The translations under genes and the position numbers were made by a program. The notes below the pieces were generated by a model. The model searched no databases and was not told the origin of the DNA. It saw only the letters and a program-made list of their open reading frames with translations. Shown here one piece after another: positions 18,139 through 29,017 of a stretch of DNA of 64,000 bases. The DNA is taken from the NCBI GenBank assembly GCA_963850305.1, contig CAWKKR010000011.1, forward strand, positions 128,001 to 192,000. Reading direction: 5' to 3'. This DNA comes from an uncultured delta proteobacterium (GTDB lineage: Bacteria; Myxococcota_A; Polyangia; Polyangiales; Polyangiaceae). Positions within the stretch are counted from its first letter, which is position 1; each line of letters starts with the position of its first letter.

Positions 18139-20409
18139 CTACAGACACTCCGGCTTGATTCTGCGGATTCCGTGCTCGTCGAGCGCATACGGCTGACGGC
18201 AATCGACGGCGGACTTCGCCGGCGTGGGCGCCTCGCGGACCTCGGCGGACGGAGCGGAAGGAGTCGTCGTTGCCACGGCCGCCTCTGGTCGCGGCTTTGG
18301 CGGCTCCGTCGTCTGCGCCGTGGGCGCGACGGCGGCGAGGTGAGTCGGCCGCGGAATGGCTTCGACCACTCGAGTAGTCGAGTGAGACTCCGTACCCGGA
18401 GTGGGAACGGCTTTCGGCAACGGCGCGGCGACGGCAGGAGGCGGCGACGGGACGGCGGGGCGCACCTTCGCGACTGGCTCCGGCACTTCCGGCGGCTCCA
18501 CGGGAAGCGTGGACGGATCAACACCGCGGGGCTCCTCCGCCGAGGCAACGACTGCTACGGGGTTCGCCGTGGCCTTCGGTGGTGACACCGCAGCGGGAAA
18601 GGGGGCACGCGCGACAGCGCGCCTCCGGCTGCCGTGTCCGGAAAACGCAAACCCCGCGAACAGCGCGAAGACACCGGCCGCGAGCGCCACGCGGAACGTG
18701 CGCCGACTCGGGTCCTCCCAGAACCACGCCGCAACGCGCTCGGGCGCACTTCGTCGATGCGGAAACAGTGCCGGATCCGTGGGCTCCTGGATGATCACGC
18801 TCTCCGCGGAAAGCGCGGGCCGGTCGAGGCTCGAATTCGGACGCGGCGGAGGCGGTCTTCGATTGCTCGGACGCGTGCGTTCGGGCCGCGGGGCGTCGCT
18901 CGGCGGGCCGTACACGTGAGTGGCATCCCCGGCCGCGTCGAAGACACGGGTCGCTTCGTCCTCGGCGTCGAAGGCGCCTCCGAAAACACGGGTTGCAGGG
19001 TCCTCGGCATCCTCCAAAGCCACCGGCGCGCCACTCGGCGAACTCGTGAAGATACGCGTCGCATCCTCCGCCTCCTCCAGGGGCACCGGCACGCCACTCG
19101 GCGAGCCCGTGAAGACGCGCGTCGCATCCTCCTCGATCCTCTGCGGGGTCGCGGGCTCCGGGATCCGTTGAGGCGGCTCCTTCTTCTTCTCGCCGCGGCG
19201 TGGCACTGGCGGGGGCCCGGAGCGCCGAGAAAGAGGCCGCGATGGGAGCGCTGGCGGGAGGGAACCACGGCGCGGTGCACCCCCGACATCGCCGGACGAC
19301 GGCTCGACGATGCGCGGGGGACCCGCTCCCCATCGTCGCGCGAGATCGCTCAGCGATGGAGAACCGCGACCGTCGAGCGTCTTCATGATGGCAGGTGAGC
19401 TCTCCGTCACCAGAGACACATGGCTCACCGACGAGATCGCTTCGATTTCCGCGACCGCTTGTTCGCGGTTGAGCAGCGTCTCGCCCGCGACGCGCTCGAC
19501 CCACTCTCCGACCTCGCGCGTGGAACCGAGCGGCATCGCGTCCTCGACTGCAATCGCGAAGTCGCGGGCGGTCTGGTAGCGCGTCAGCGGATCACGGGAC
19601 AGCGCACGCATCACGATCGCGTCGAGACTGCGCGCGACCGAGGGAATCACCGCACTTGGCGGTGGGATCTCTTCCGTGAGGATCATCCGCAGGAGCTCCG
19701 TGGCATCCTCTGCGTCGAAGAGCCTCCGACCCGTGATCGCTTCCCAGAGAACGATACCCGCCGCGAACACGTCGGAGCGCCGGTCAACGGGCTTCCCCGA
19801 GAGCTGTTCGGGAGCCATGTACGCGAGCTTCCCCTTCATCTGACCGTCGCGAGTGACCTGTACGCGCGCGGCCGCCTTGGCGACGCCGAAGTCGAGGACG
19901 CGCGTCACGCCGTCGACGCCGACGAGCACGTTCTGGGGCGACACGTCCCGATGAACGACAGAGAGCGGTTGCCCGTGCTCGTCCTTGGCCTCGTGGGCGG
20001 CGTGGAGCCCGTGGAGCATGCCGGCAACGACGCTCGCGATGGTCCCGACGGTCACCTCGATCCCCTTCTTGCGCGAAGCGCGGAGGAGCCGCGAAAACGA
20101 TTCGCCGCGCACGTAATCCATCACGAGAAAAAGTTCGTCGGTCTGCGCCACGACATCGACGGTCGCGACGACGTTCGGGTGCTGTATGCGCGCGGCGAGC
20201 CGTGCCTCGTCGAGAAACATCGCGACGAACTCGGGATCTTTCGAGAACTGCGGGTGCAGCCTCTTGATGGCAACGGTACGCGAGAACCCCGCGGGCCCGA
20301 GCAGTCTGCCGAAGTGGACCGTCGCCATGCCCCCGGAGGCAAGCTTCCCGTACAGCGCATACCGGCCGATCACGCGAATCGGGGGCTCTAGATGGGGCGG
20401 CTCCTCCAT
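18139..20409 (-). CDS. Ser/Thr protein kinase with Pro-rich linker, DATRVF repeats and TM segment
   Basis: SGGMA, VAIK, HRDVSPQN, DFG, APE; C-terminal CxxPY...KPECL tail. Confidence 0.92.
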   Translation of the reverse strand: MEEPPHLEPPIRVIGRYALYGKLASGGMATVHFGRLLGPAGFSRTVAIKRLHPQFSKDPEFVAMFLDEARLAARIQHPNVVATVDVVAQTDELFLVMDYVRGESFSRLLRASRKKGIEVTVGTIASVVAGMLHGLHAAHEAKDEHGQPLSVVHRDVSPQNVLVGVDGVTRVLDFGVAKAAARVQVTRDGQMKGKLAYMAPEQLSGKPVDRRSDVFAAGIVLWEAITGRRLFDAEDATELLRMILTEEIPPPSAVIPSVARSLDAIVMRALSRDPLTRYQTARDFAIAVEDAMPLGSTREVGEWVERVAGETLLNREQAVAEIEAISSVSHVSLVTESSPAIMKTLDGRGSPSLSDLARRWGAGPPRIVEPSSGDVGGAPRRGSLPPALPSRPLSRRSGPPPVPRRGEKKKEPPQRIPEPATPQRIEEDATRVFTGSPSGVPVPLEEAEDATRIFTSSPSGAPVALEDAEDPATRVFGGAFDAEDEATRVFDAAGDATHVYGPPSDAPRPERTRPSNRRPPPPRPNSSLDRPALSAESVIIQEPTDPALFPHRRSAPERVAAWFWEDPSRRTFRVALAAGVFALFAGFAFSGHGSRRRAVARAPFPAAVSPPKATANPVAVVASAEEPRGVDPSTLPVEPPEVPEPVAKVRPAVPSPPPAVAAPLPKAVPTPGTESHSTTRVVEAIPRPTHLAAVAPTAQTTEPPKPRPEAAVATTTPSAPSAEVREAPTPAKSAVDCRQPYALDEHGIRRIKPECL

Positions 20410-20543
20410 GGGCAGGGTTTTCGGGCGATAAGCGGCTGTTTATAGCGCCGATCCGCGGCGCCGGGCGCTCCCCGGCGGAGGCCCGGGCCGGGAAACGCGA
20501 TTACCGGGAAACCTGAGGAGTGTTAAGCCTAGTTCAACGCACC

Positions 20544-22472
20544 GTGTCCAAGCCGGAAGCCCCCTCCGTGACGTCGAACCCCGTTGCCGGTCCGGGACCG
20601 GCCCCCGCCGCGACCGTCTGGCTCGTGAGCTTCGCCGATGAAGACGATCGCGAGCTCACCCCGCCCGAGATCGCGGAAGCGCTGAGGCGCGGCCAGATCG
20701 ACGCCAGCACGATCGTCTGGCGCGAAGGCCGGGTCGATTGGGCTCCGCTTGGAACGGTCGAGGAACTCGCTCCCCTCCTCGCGGCCAGTGGACAGACCTC
20801 GGGCCCGCCAAGAGTAGGTTCGGCCGAGCCCGTGAGGGAGATCGCGGAGCGGACGAAAAATCCGGTGTCGGCAAACGAGGAGCCGCAACCCTGGAAGGGC
20901 AAGACGCGGATCGGCCTGCCCAAGGTCGACACGGCGAGGAAGAAACCCGAAGCTGGGCCGAACCCTCTTTCCGGAAGCGCTGCGGGCGAAGCGAAACCCG
21001 AGGTAAAAACGTCTCCGATCGCGGCCCCCTCGGCCGCGGAACCCGAGCAAAAGAAGATCGCGTTCAAGAAGGTGCAGCCGAAGGCAGCGGAGGCAAAACC
21101 CGCAACTCCGAAGCCCTCCGAGGCAACCCCGACCATCCCACTTGTCACAACCACCGCGCTCTCCGCCGGAACTCCGACGGTTCCCCTCGCCGCATCGAAG
21201 GCGGCCAGGGACGCGGGGGTGGACAGGGCGAAACCCAGACCGGCAGAGCGCGATATTTGGAGCACCGAGGACGAAGCGCCGATCAGCATTGAACTGGAGC
21301 CGGAGTCCGTCTCTCCGCGCAGTCCCGCGTTCTCGCAGGTGACAAGCGGAGCGCCTGGCGAGCCCAGGAAGGCCGCGCCGAAACCGCCGACCCCAAATCG
21401 TCGGCCGAAACCGCCCCCGGCGCGGAGCGCGGAATCGGGGGGGCTTTCGTTACAGGCGCTCGCCGCGCCAATGGCGTCGGAGCCGGAGCGCGTCAGCGAC
21501 GACATCATGAATCTAGGCGGCGGTCTGACCGGTCTCGGCGGCTCCTTGCTCGCCGCGCCGTCAATCGACGTCTCCGCTCTCACGAGTGGGCCCGTCGAGA
21601 GCGGCAGCGCGGACACACTCGATCTTCCTCTCCTGGAGCTTCCGGACATCCCTGCCAACACGCTGATCGAAGGCACGCCGACCGTGCCAAGCGCCGGGGT
21701 TCGTCCGGCACGGAAAGGTCCCAGCCCCTCGGACCCGAAAGCCGGGCCCAGCGAGAAAGACAAGAGGCGTAGCTCCCTGCCTCTGGTTCTGGGGTTGGTC
21801 GCCGCGGCCATTGCACTTGCGTTCGTTCTTCGCGGCAAAAACAACGAAGATTCGGCTTCTCGAACCGGAACCTCCGCGACAACCTCGGAGGTCGCGCCCA
21901 GCGCGGAGAACGCCGCCGTCGAAGCGCACCCGGCCGAAGTCCCCGCGACACCGGCACCCGTCGCGGCCAGCGCGGCACCGGCAGCCCCTGCCCCGACGGC
22001 GGGGGCGCCCGTCGCCGCCGTCGCAACCGCGGCCAATCACTCCACGTCGAGCGCCGCCACCTCCAACCCGACCACGAAGGTCGCCACGCCTCACGAGGAA
22101 GCCGCGCGCTCGTCGAAACCCGAGGAACCGGCCAGGGCCGAAACCGCGAAACCCGCCGCAGTTGCGGCCCCTCCGCCCCAACAGCAGGAAGTCGACGTGG
22201 GTGGCGAGTTCGACAAGGGGGCCGCCATCGCGGCGCTCCGCGAGGCCGCTGCACAGGCCTCGGTGTGCCGGAAGCCGGGCGACCCGAGCGGCGTCGCGGA
22301 CGTTCACGTGACGTTCTCGAACAGCGGGCGCGCGACGAACGCCACGGTGGACGGGCCGCCGTTCGCGGGGACGGCGACCGGGGGCTGCATCGCTGCCGCG
22401 CTGCGTAGGACGAAAGTGCCCCCCTTCAGCGGCGATCGCGTAACCGTAACGAAGCACGTCGTCATCAATTGA
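20544..22472 (+). CDS. GYF_2 (DUF4339) domain membrane protein with TonB-C-like C-terminus (AgmX/GltJ-like architecture)
   Basis: TIVWREGRVDWAPLGTVEEL; long Pro/Ala linker; TM; C...FAGTATGGCI...VPPFSG. Confidence 0.7.
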   Translation: MSKPEAPSVTSNPVAGPGPAPAATVWLVSFADEDDRELTPPEIAEALRRGQIDASTIVWREGRVDWAPLGTVEELAPLLAASGQTSGPPRVGSAEPVREIAERTKNPVSANEEPQPWKGKTRIGLPKVDTARKKPEAGPNPLSGSAAGEAKPEVKTSPIAAPSAAEPEQKKIAFKKVQPKAAEAKPATPKPSEATPTIPLVTTTALSAGTPTVPLAASKAARDAGVDRAKPRPAERDIWSTEDEAPISIELEPESVSPRSPAFSQVTSGAPGEPRKAAPKPPTPNRRPKPPPARSAESGGLSLQALAAPMASEPERVSDDIMNLGGGLTGLGGSLLAAPSIDVSALTSGPVESGSADTLDLPLLELPDIPANTLIEGTPTVPSAGVRPARKGPSPSDPKAGPSEKDKRRSSLPLVLGLVAAAIALAFVLRGKNNEDSASRTGTSATTSEVAPSAENAAVEAHPAEVPATPAPVAASAAPAAPAPTAGAPVAAVATAANHSTSSAATSNPTTKVATPHEEAARSSKPEEPARAETAKPAAVAAPPPQQQEVDVGGEFDKGAAIAALREAAAQASVCRKPGDPSGVADVHVTFSNSGRATNATVDGPPFAGTATGGCIAAALRRTKVPPFSGDRVTVTKHVVIN

Positions 22473-22535
22473 GCAGGAGGGCGCCTTGCGCGGGCAAGCG
22501 AGAGGCCCGATGATCGAGCGAACCTGGAGGCCACC

Positions 22536-23765
22536 GTGGGCAACGCTCTCATCATCGACGCCGTTCGAACGCCGCGCGGTCGCGGCAAAGCCGGGGGAGC
22601 GCTGAGCGGCACGCATCCGCAGGAGCTCGTCGCGCAACTTCTGAACGCCATCGCCGACCGGACCAACCTGGAGAAGGGACACGTTTCCGACGTCGTTCTC
22701 GGCTGCGTCTCGGAGGTCAAAGATCAGGGGGCCTGCATCGCGCGCAACTCCGTGCTCGCGGCCGGCTTCCCGGACGACGTGACCGGCGTCACATTGAACA
22801 GATTTTGTGGCTCGGGACTGCAAGCCTTCAACTTCGCCGCCATGGGCGTAATGAGCGGCCAGCAAGATCTCGTCATCGGCGGCGGCGTCGAGAGCATGTC
22901 CCGCGTCCCCATGGGCTCCGACGGTGGAGCGATCGACGGCAACAATCCAAGACTCCGCGAGAAGATCTTTCAGGTTCCGCAGGGCATCAGCGCCGACCTG
23001 ATCGCCACGATCGACGGAACGACGCGTGAGGACGTGGATCGATTCGCGCTCGGGAGCCAGGACAAGGCTGCTCGCGCGATCGCCGAAGGCTGGCTCTCGA
23101 AGAGCCTCGTTCCCGTGCGCGGCGACGATGGTGCGGTGTTGCTGGCCAAGGACGAGCACCCGCGCGCATCAACGACGCTCGAGAAACTGGGGAGCCTCGA
23201 GCCGTCTTTCGTCTCGACGGGTACCCTGCAAGTCGGACCCAACGGGGAAACCTTCGACGAGCTAGCGCTGAAACGCTACCCCGCCGTGAAGAGGATTCGT
23301 CACGTCCACACCGCCGGCAACTCGAGCGGCATCGTGGATGGCGCTGCGCTCGTGCTGGTTGCGTCCGAGTCGTACGCGAGAACTCACGCCCTCGCGCCCC
23401 GAGCAAAAGTGCGCGCGATGGCCACCGCGGGGGCCGAGCCCGTCATCATGCTGACGGCGCCCACTCCGGCGTCCGAGCGAGCGCTGCGCAAGGCCGGCAT
23501 GAAAGCGTCGGATATCGATCTCTGGGAGATCAACGAAGCTTTCGCGACAGTCGTGCTCAACACGATCCGCAGGCTCGACATCGATCCCGCGAAGGTCAAC
23601 GTGAACGGCGGATCGATTGCCTACGGTCACCCACTCGGTGCGACAGGCGCCGCCCTCCTCGGCACCGCCCTGGACGAGCTCGAACGGCGCGGGCTGTCGA
23701 CGGCGCTCATTACCTTGTGCATCGGCGGTGGCATGGGCGTGGCCACGATCATCGAACGCGTCTAA
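22536..23765 (+). CDS. Acetyl-CoA C-acetyltransferase (thiolase)
   Basis: [26 protein letters not shown]. Confidence 0.95.
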   Translation: MGNALIIDAVRTPRGRGKAGGALSGTHPQELVAQLLNAIADRTNLEKGHVSDVVLGCVSEVKDQGACIARNSVLAAGFPDDVTGVTLNRFCGSGLQAFNFAAMGVMSGQQDLVIGGGVESMSRVPMGSDGGAIDGNNPRLREKIFQVPQGISADLIATIDGTTREDVDRFALGSQDKAARAIAEGWLSKSLVPVRGDDGAVLLAKDEHPRASTTLEKLGSLEPSFVSTGTLQVGPNGETFDELALKRYPAVKRIRHVHTAGNSSGIVDGAALVLVASESYARTHALAPRAKVRAMATAGAEPVIMLTAPTPASERALRKAGMKASDIDLWEINEAFATVVLNTIRRLDIDPAKVNVNGGSIAYGHPLGATGAALLGTALDELERRGLSTALITLCIGGGMGVATIIERV

Positions 23766-23818
23766 CCCTGCTCGGAAGACGTGCGGGGGAGCGGCTTAAG
23801 CGCGTATAGTCCTGACCC

Positions 23819-24862
23819 ATGCTCCGGCGCGCCGTGACGACGTGGAGTGTCCTTGCGTTTCTGACCTTGCTCGGCGTGGTCGCTCGCGCGCAGACGACGA
23901 GTGAACCTTCGCCAGCACCACCGCCACCGCCACCGCCACCGCCGACGGCTCCTCCCCCGCGCGAGGTAGTGGGCCCGCCGCCAGGTCAAGCGGCGCCAGG
24001 TCAGCAGGCGCCGTCAGGTCAGGCAGCCCCAGGTCAGTACGCACCGCCAGGTCAGTACGCACCGCCAGGTCAGTACGCACCGCCAGGTCAGTACGCACCG
24101 CCAGGTCAGTATCCGCCGCCGGGTTACGCCCAGCCAGGTCAATACTCGCCGCCGGGTTACGGCTATGGCCAGCCCCAATACCCGCCGCCGGGTTACGGCT
24201 ATGGCCAGCCCCAGTATCAACCCGGTTACTATTACCCGCCTCGCCCCATGGCGGACGACGGCGCGCACTCGCACGACGGCTTCTACCTTCGCCTCGGCGC
24301 AGGAGTCGGGCTCCTCACGTTCGGCTTGAAAAACCAGAGCAGCGCAGACTTCGGAAATCAAGAGGTCGATGGCGAACTGTCAGCAGGAGCGCTCTCGTTC
24401 GAGCTCGCCGTCGGCGGGAGTCCATCACCGGGCCTCGCCATCGGCGGCGCGCTCTACTTCGACGTGGCGTCCAAGGCGACATCCCACGACATGAGAATCA
24501 ACAACCAGCCCGTGGACGACTTTCACGACAGTGGCGCGTCGACGTGGCTCCTCGGACCGTTCGCGGACTATTACTTCAACCCGCGAAAGGGCTGGCACCT
24601 GGAGGGCTCGCTCGGCCTCGCGTTGCTGACCGTTGGCGATGCGACCGAGGACGGCGTGAAGGTACTCTCGAAGCGCGCCTACGGAGGCGTCGGTGGAATG
24701 ATCGGTGGGGGGTACGAGTGGTGGGTCGCCGACCAATGGGGGATGGGCGTCTTGCTGCGCGCCACGGTGCTCTCGCTGGGGAGCGCCAAGGCCGGGCAAG
24801 ATCAGTGGAGCTATGGGGGCTTCGCGTTTCCCGAGGTCTTGTTCAGCGCGACGTACCAGTAA
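23819..24862 (+). CDS. Outer-membrane beta-barrel protein with Pro/Gln/Tyr-rich N-terminal repeat
   Basis: Signal peptide; HDGFYLRLG start of barrel; alternating strands; terminal aromatic. Confidence 0.7.
   Translation: MLRRAVTTWSVLAFLTLLGVVARAQTTSEPSPAPPPPPPPPPTAPPPREVVGPPPGQAAPGQQAPSGQAAPGQYAPPGQYAPPGQYAPPGQYAPPGQYPPPGYAQPGQYSPPGYGYGQPQYPPPGYGYGQPQYQPGYYYPPRPMADDGAHSHDGFYLRLGAGVGLLTFGLKNQSSADFGNQEVDGELSAGALSFELAVGGSPSPGLAIGGALYFDVASKATSHDMRINNQPVDDFHDSGASTWLLGPFADYYFNPRKGWHLEGSLGLALLTVGDATEDGVKVLSKRAYGGVGGMIGGGYEWWVADQWGMGVLLRATVLSLGSAKAGQDQWSYGGFAFPEVLFSATYQ
24029..24100 (+). repeat. 18-bp coding tandem repeat x4 (PGQYAP)
   Basis: CCAGGTCAGTACGCACCG exact copies, degenerate copies on both sides. 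Confidence 0.9.
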
Positions 24863-24868
24863 GCGCAT

Positions 24869-27800
24869 TCACGGGAACGGCGGCGCGGACACCTTGCCGC
24901 TCGTGTCGAGCAGGCTCTGCGGGGTCGAACCTTTCACGTCGACGCGCGACGCTTGCGTGAGAATGTCGGGGTTCAGCGAAATGTCCGCGTCGTAGCCGCT
25001 CACGCCGCCGTGACATCCTCCGCACACGCCGTTGAAGAGCCCCCGCTGGAACCCCTGACGCAACGACTCGCCCGGGTAAAACTGCATTTCCTCGAGCTGG
25101 TGGTGGCGCGTCGGCTCCTTGTCCGTCGCGAGCTGGACCATGGGCGCGAGAACGATGGGCGCCCCTCCGGGCACCTCGATGTCGAGCGATCCGTCGGGCA
25201 ACGGCGCGCTCGTCCCGAGGAGACGGCGGCGGACGTACACCTGCCCGAACGCGTCTTTCACGATGAACTGACCTCCCTGATCGTAGCTCGTCACGCCCGG
25301 CTCTGGCGGCAGATCCTCCCAGACTTGCATGTCCTTCATCGGAGCCGGAATGAGTCGCTTCGAGCGCGTATTCTGGAACATGAGGCTCGCGAGGAGCGGC
25401 GCGTCCAGAAAGGTGACGTCGGCCCGCGGGCGATCACTCGGGTCGGTGGACACGTGCGTGGCGCCGTTCGGCTCATCGAGACGCGACGCGAAGACGCCAT
25501 AGTCGTAGCGCGCCGAAACCGCTACCGGCCAGAGCAAGCTATCCGTAGGGTCTGATGCGACCGGGCCCGAGCGCACGCCGGTGATCGGGTCGACGACGTC
25601 TAGCTCGAAGCGAGCGTTGAAGTTGGTGCTGTCCGAGACTCCCGGCGCGTAACTGACGAGCACCTGGCCATTGGGCAAACGAGCAGGATTGCGAAACACG
25701 CCGCCCTGGCCGTCCAAGATCCGCAATGAGTGCTGATAAAATGCCGGATTCGGCCACTTGATGGCACCTGGATCCTGGAGATAGTCCGCGGGGTCCTGGC
25801 TGGCCTGATCGATCCCCAGACTGCGGTTGATGATCCCGAGCGCCCCCGCGCAATGCTCGTCGTTCTGGTTGCTGAAGATGGCGGCGAAGTCCTTGTCGGC
25901 AAGCTCGACGATATCGGTCACCTGATGATAGCCGATGGTCGCGCGCTGCCCGAAGAGCGGATGATAATCGCCACCGTCGAGGTTCTCGCGTCTCCCAGCG
26001 AGCTGATAGAAGCCCGGAGCGCGCTTCTCGGTCGTCATGATGACGCGTCCGTCCGACATGAACGAGGGGGTGAGCTCCTGGTCGAGCAGGAATGTGAGCT
26101 GCCGGATGGTGGGAGCGCCGTTGGTCGTCTCGAGGACGTAGAGGTTCGCGTTCAACTTGGACGGATCAGCGGGCGTTCGCTGCGGCCCCTGGTAGTCGAA
26201 CGCCGCGGTGTTCATGACGTTACCGCGCGTGGATGCGAATACGATCCGCCCGTCGGGCGCGAACGTGGGATCGAAATTGTGCACGAGCTCCCCGTTCGTC
26301 GGAACGGCATTCCCACCGTCGTCCACGGGAGCCGCGTCGATGGTCGGTTCGACGGCGCAGGCGCCTCCGTCGATCACGTAAATGCGCCAGGGGTCCGTCG
26401 CGCCGGTGCGCGCGGAGAACGCGATCTTCGTCCCGTCCCAGGAGACCGCGGGGCGCCGCACGTCGATGCCGGCAGCGAGACCGCAAGAGGCCAGAAGACT
26501 CGTGCCCCCGCCTCCTTGAACCGTGAGCGCATTCGTCGTCGGATCGAGCGACGCCGGAGCTTCGATCAGATCGGCACCAGGGGAAAACGCCTCGAAGTCC
26601 TGCGGCCCATCCTTGCCCGGCGCGAGCGGTCTCTTGACGTAAACGATGGCAGTGAGCGGCATGGCTTTGGACATGCGACTCGAGCGCTCGATGCCGATCC
26701 ACTGGCGGATCACGCAATACGGGTTGAGTGCGTCCAGATCGACGAGCCCGCCATCGGCGCCCGCGCCTCCATCAGTGCTGGTCCCTCCGTCGGCCACCGC
26801 CGTGCACGGATCTCCCGTGCCGAACAGGGCGCCTCCGCGATGCAAGATCCCCAGCGGCGTCGCCGGCACGGGACTGCCCTCGATGTATGGCTCGAGGTTC
26901 TTCCGGAAAATTCGGCTCACGTTCGGGTCCGGCGAATCGAGCGCCACCTGCGCGAGCGTCAACTGGTAGTTGAGTCGCGTCGCGGGTAGCCCGAAGTGTC
27001 CAGCGCTGCCCCCGTGCAGCCGGTACTCATGACCCATCGCGGGCGAGTGGCAGCCGAGAAGCATGCACCCCTTCTTCACGAGCATCGGCTGGACGCGGTG
27101 AGCAAAATGAAAACCCAGCGTCGGTAGGGACGTCCGTGGGTCCACCCTTCTCTGTCGCCCACGCGAGGATCGCTGCGTAACCCGGGTCGCTCGTCGACTG
27201 GAAGATCGTGCCGCCTTCGTGATAGGTGCCGCCCGCCGCCGGCGCCAACGGTCGACGGAGCAACTCGCTCGATTGCGTGTCCGCGGAGAGATAGTCGCTG
27301 GCGACGAAGTAGTTCCACCGCGTCTCCTGGGGCGTCTTGCCGCACGTCATGTAGAGCGAGTTGCCCGGCGAACCATGGCAGTTCCCGGCCCCGCAGGTCC
27401 CTCCGAGGACCGGATTCACGCGACTCTCGAACGTCGAAAAATCCGGCGTCGTGACAGCCGTGGTGAGATCGAAGGTCGAGTCGGCCGGAATCGTCTCCGA
27501 GCACGGCGTTCGTCCGAGATCCTCCGGCGGTTCGAGCGCATTGTTCTCGCTCGCGCCGCGCTGGATCCAGGTGATGAGCGTATTGAACGACGAGCTCGTC
27601 ACGTCGATGAGCGCCCCGCCCGCGTGCGGGATATCCGTGGTGACGATGATCGGGTTGTCGTTTTCCCAGGTCGTGAGCCGCACTTGAAACGGTGTGGCCA
27701 CCTTCGCGAGGATCCCCGGCATCAAGTACGGGCCATAGGAGATCAGCAGGTCGCGACGCTTCACGAGATCGTCGTAGCTCGTGACGTTCAGGTTGCCGAG

Positions 27801-27989
27801 CGCGTTCCCGTGCGTGTCCGCCGCGACGTGGCACCCCGACTGTGTGGGACTGGCCGCGCACGAGCCGAGAAGGATGGGGCCGATCTCCCGATCGTAAAAC
27901 GTCACGGCCGGCGTCGGCTTCGGGACGTCACAGCCTGCCAAGGCGATCTCGAGTACCGCAGCAAGAACGAATCGATCCGAGAGTCTCAC
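24869..27989 (-). CDS. Multihaem lipoprotein with TolB/PD40 propeller and HzsA-like middle domain; frameshift at ~27110
   Basis: Lipobox LAGC; CX8CH, CX4CH, CX4CH and CGGCH; SWDGTKIAFS, PDGRIVFAS; DGS...VP...PGE motif; two track ORFs join at a T-run. Confidence 0.75.
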
Positions 27990-28064
27990 GAAGGCTATCC
28001 TAGCCGAGCCCGGGGGACCGCGAGCGCCCCCATGACGTGAGGAGCAACCCGGCGCTCTTCGGAC

Positions 28065-29003
28065 TCAGAATCGTCTCGATGCAATGAGGGCGAGGGACGC
28101 GACCAGGGGATCCGGGTCCGTGGTCGCGGCCTCGACTGCGTCTCGAGCACTCGGATCCGCTATGCGCCCGAGCGCCGCCACCGCTGCCGCCCGGACTCGC
28201 GGATCGGGCTCCTGCGCCGGGGTCGTCAGAGCAATCAGGGCGACCACGGCGTCCGTCGCGTCCATCGCGCCGAGCACTTCCGCGGCGCGGCGCCGAACGT
28301 CGGCGGAGTCGTCGCTGAGCCGCGCCGCAACGGCGTCCATGGCCGAGAACACGTTGATGTGCGCACACGCTTCGAGCGCGGCGAGACGGACATCCGGATC
28401 GGAATCTCCCATCGCCGTGCCGAGCTCGCCTCCGGGCCCCTCCGAGTTCAGGCGCTGAAGTGCTCGAACCGCGGCCAGTCGAACGATGGCCGCGGAATCC
28501 GTCACTGCAGCCTGCGCCACCGGAGCGATCCCCGCCGCGACCAGAAATTCTCCGAGCGCCTGCGCCGCGTCTGCCCGTTCCTGATCCGAACCAGTTTGAA
28601 GCGTGCCGAGCACCTGCGAATACACTTCCCCGGCGCCGAACACGCCGAAGATCCTGCGGCGGAGCCACCACGCGCTGATCTCGCGTGTCTTGGCGTTGTC
28701 GTCGTAGAGCAGGCGCGCGACGCCTGGGATGCAATCGAGGCACTCGACCTTCTCCCCGTGCTCCAGCGTGGCCCAGATCGCGGTCGGAGCGACGTTCCCG
28801 AGCGTCGCTGCGACGATCTGCTGCGGCGTCGAGATTCTCTCGAGTGACGCGGATGGAATCTGCTGATAGACGGCGGCCCGACCCGGGTGGACGAGGTCCG
28901 CCGCGGGCGCACCGGCATTACCCGCGCTGCCCACGACGCAAACCGCCAGCCCTGCGACCATCGCCGAGAAGGACGTCTTGAGACTTCGAAATCGATGGCT
29001 CAT
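28065..29003 (-). CDS. Secreted HEAT-repeat protein
   Basis: Signal peptide; repeated D..VR.AA..ALG; CLDC motif. Confidence 0.85.
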   Translation of the reverse strand: MSHRFRSLKTSFSAMVAGLAVCVVGSAGNAGAPAADLVHPGRAAVYQQIPSASLERISTPQQIVAATLGNVAPTAIWATLEHGEKVECLDCIPGVARLLYDDNAKTREISAWWLRRRIFGVFGAGEVYSQVLGTLQTGSDQERADAAQALGEFLVAAGIAPVAQAAVTDSAAIVRLAAVRALQRLNSEGPGGELGTAMGDSDPDVRLAALEACAHINVFSAMDAVAARLSDDSADVRRRAAEVLGAMDATDAVVALIALTTPAQEPDPRVRAAAVAALGRIADPSARDAVEAATTDPDPLVASLALIASRRF

Positions 29004-29017
29004 GGTCTTGTTCTCTT

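Noticed and set aside
20534..23159. Long antisense ORFs (also 14565-16208, 59958-61415 and others)
   Set aside because: Shadow frames of real genes in high-GC DNA with no recognisable motifs
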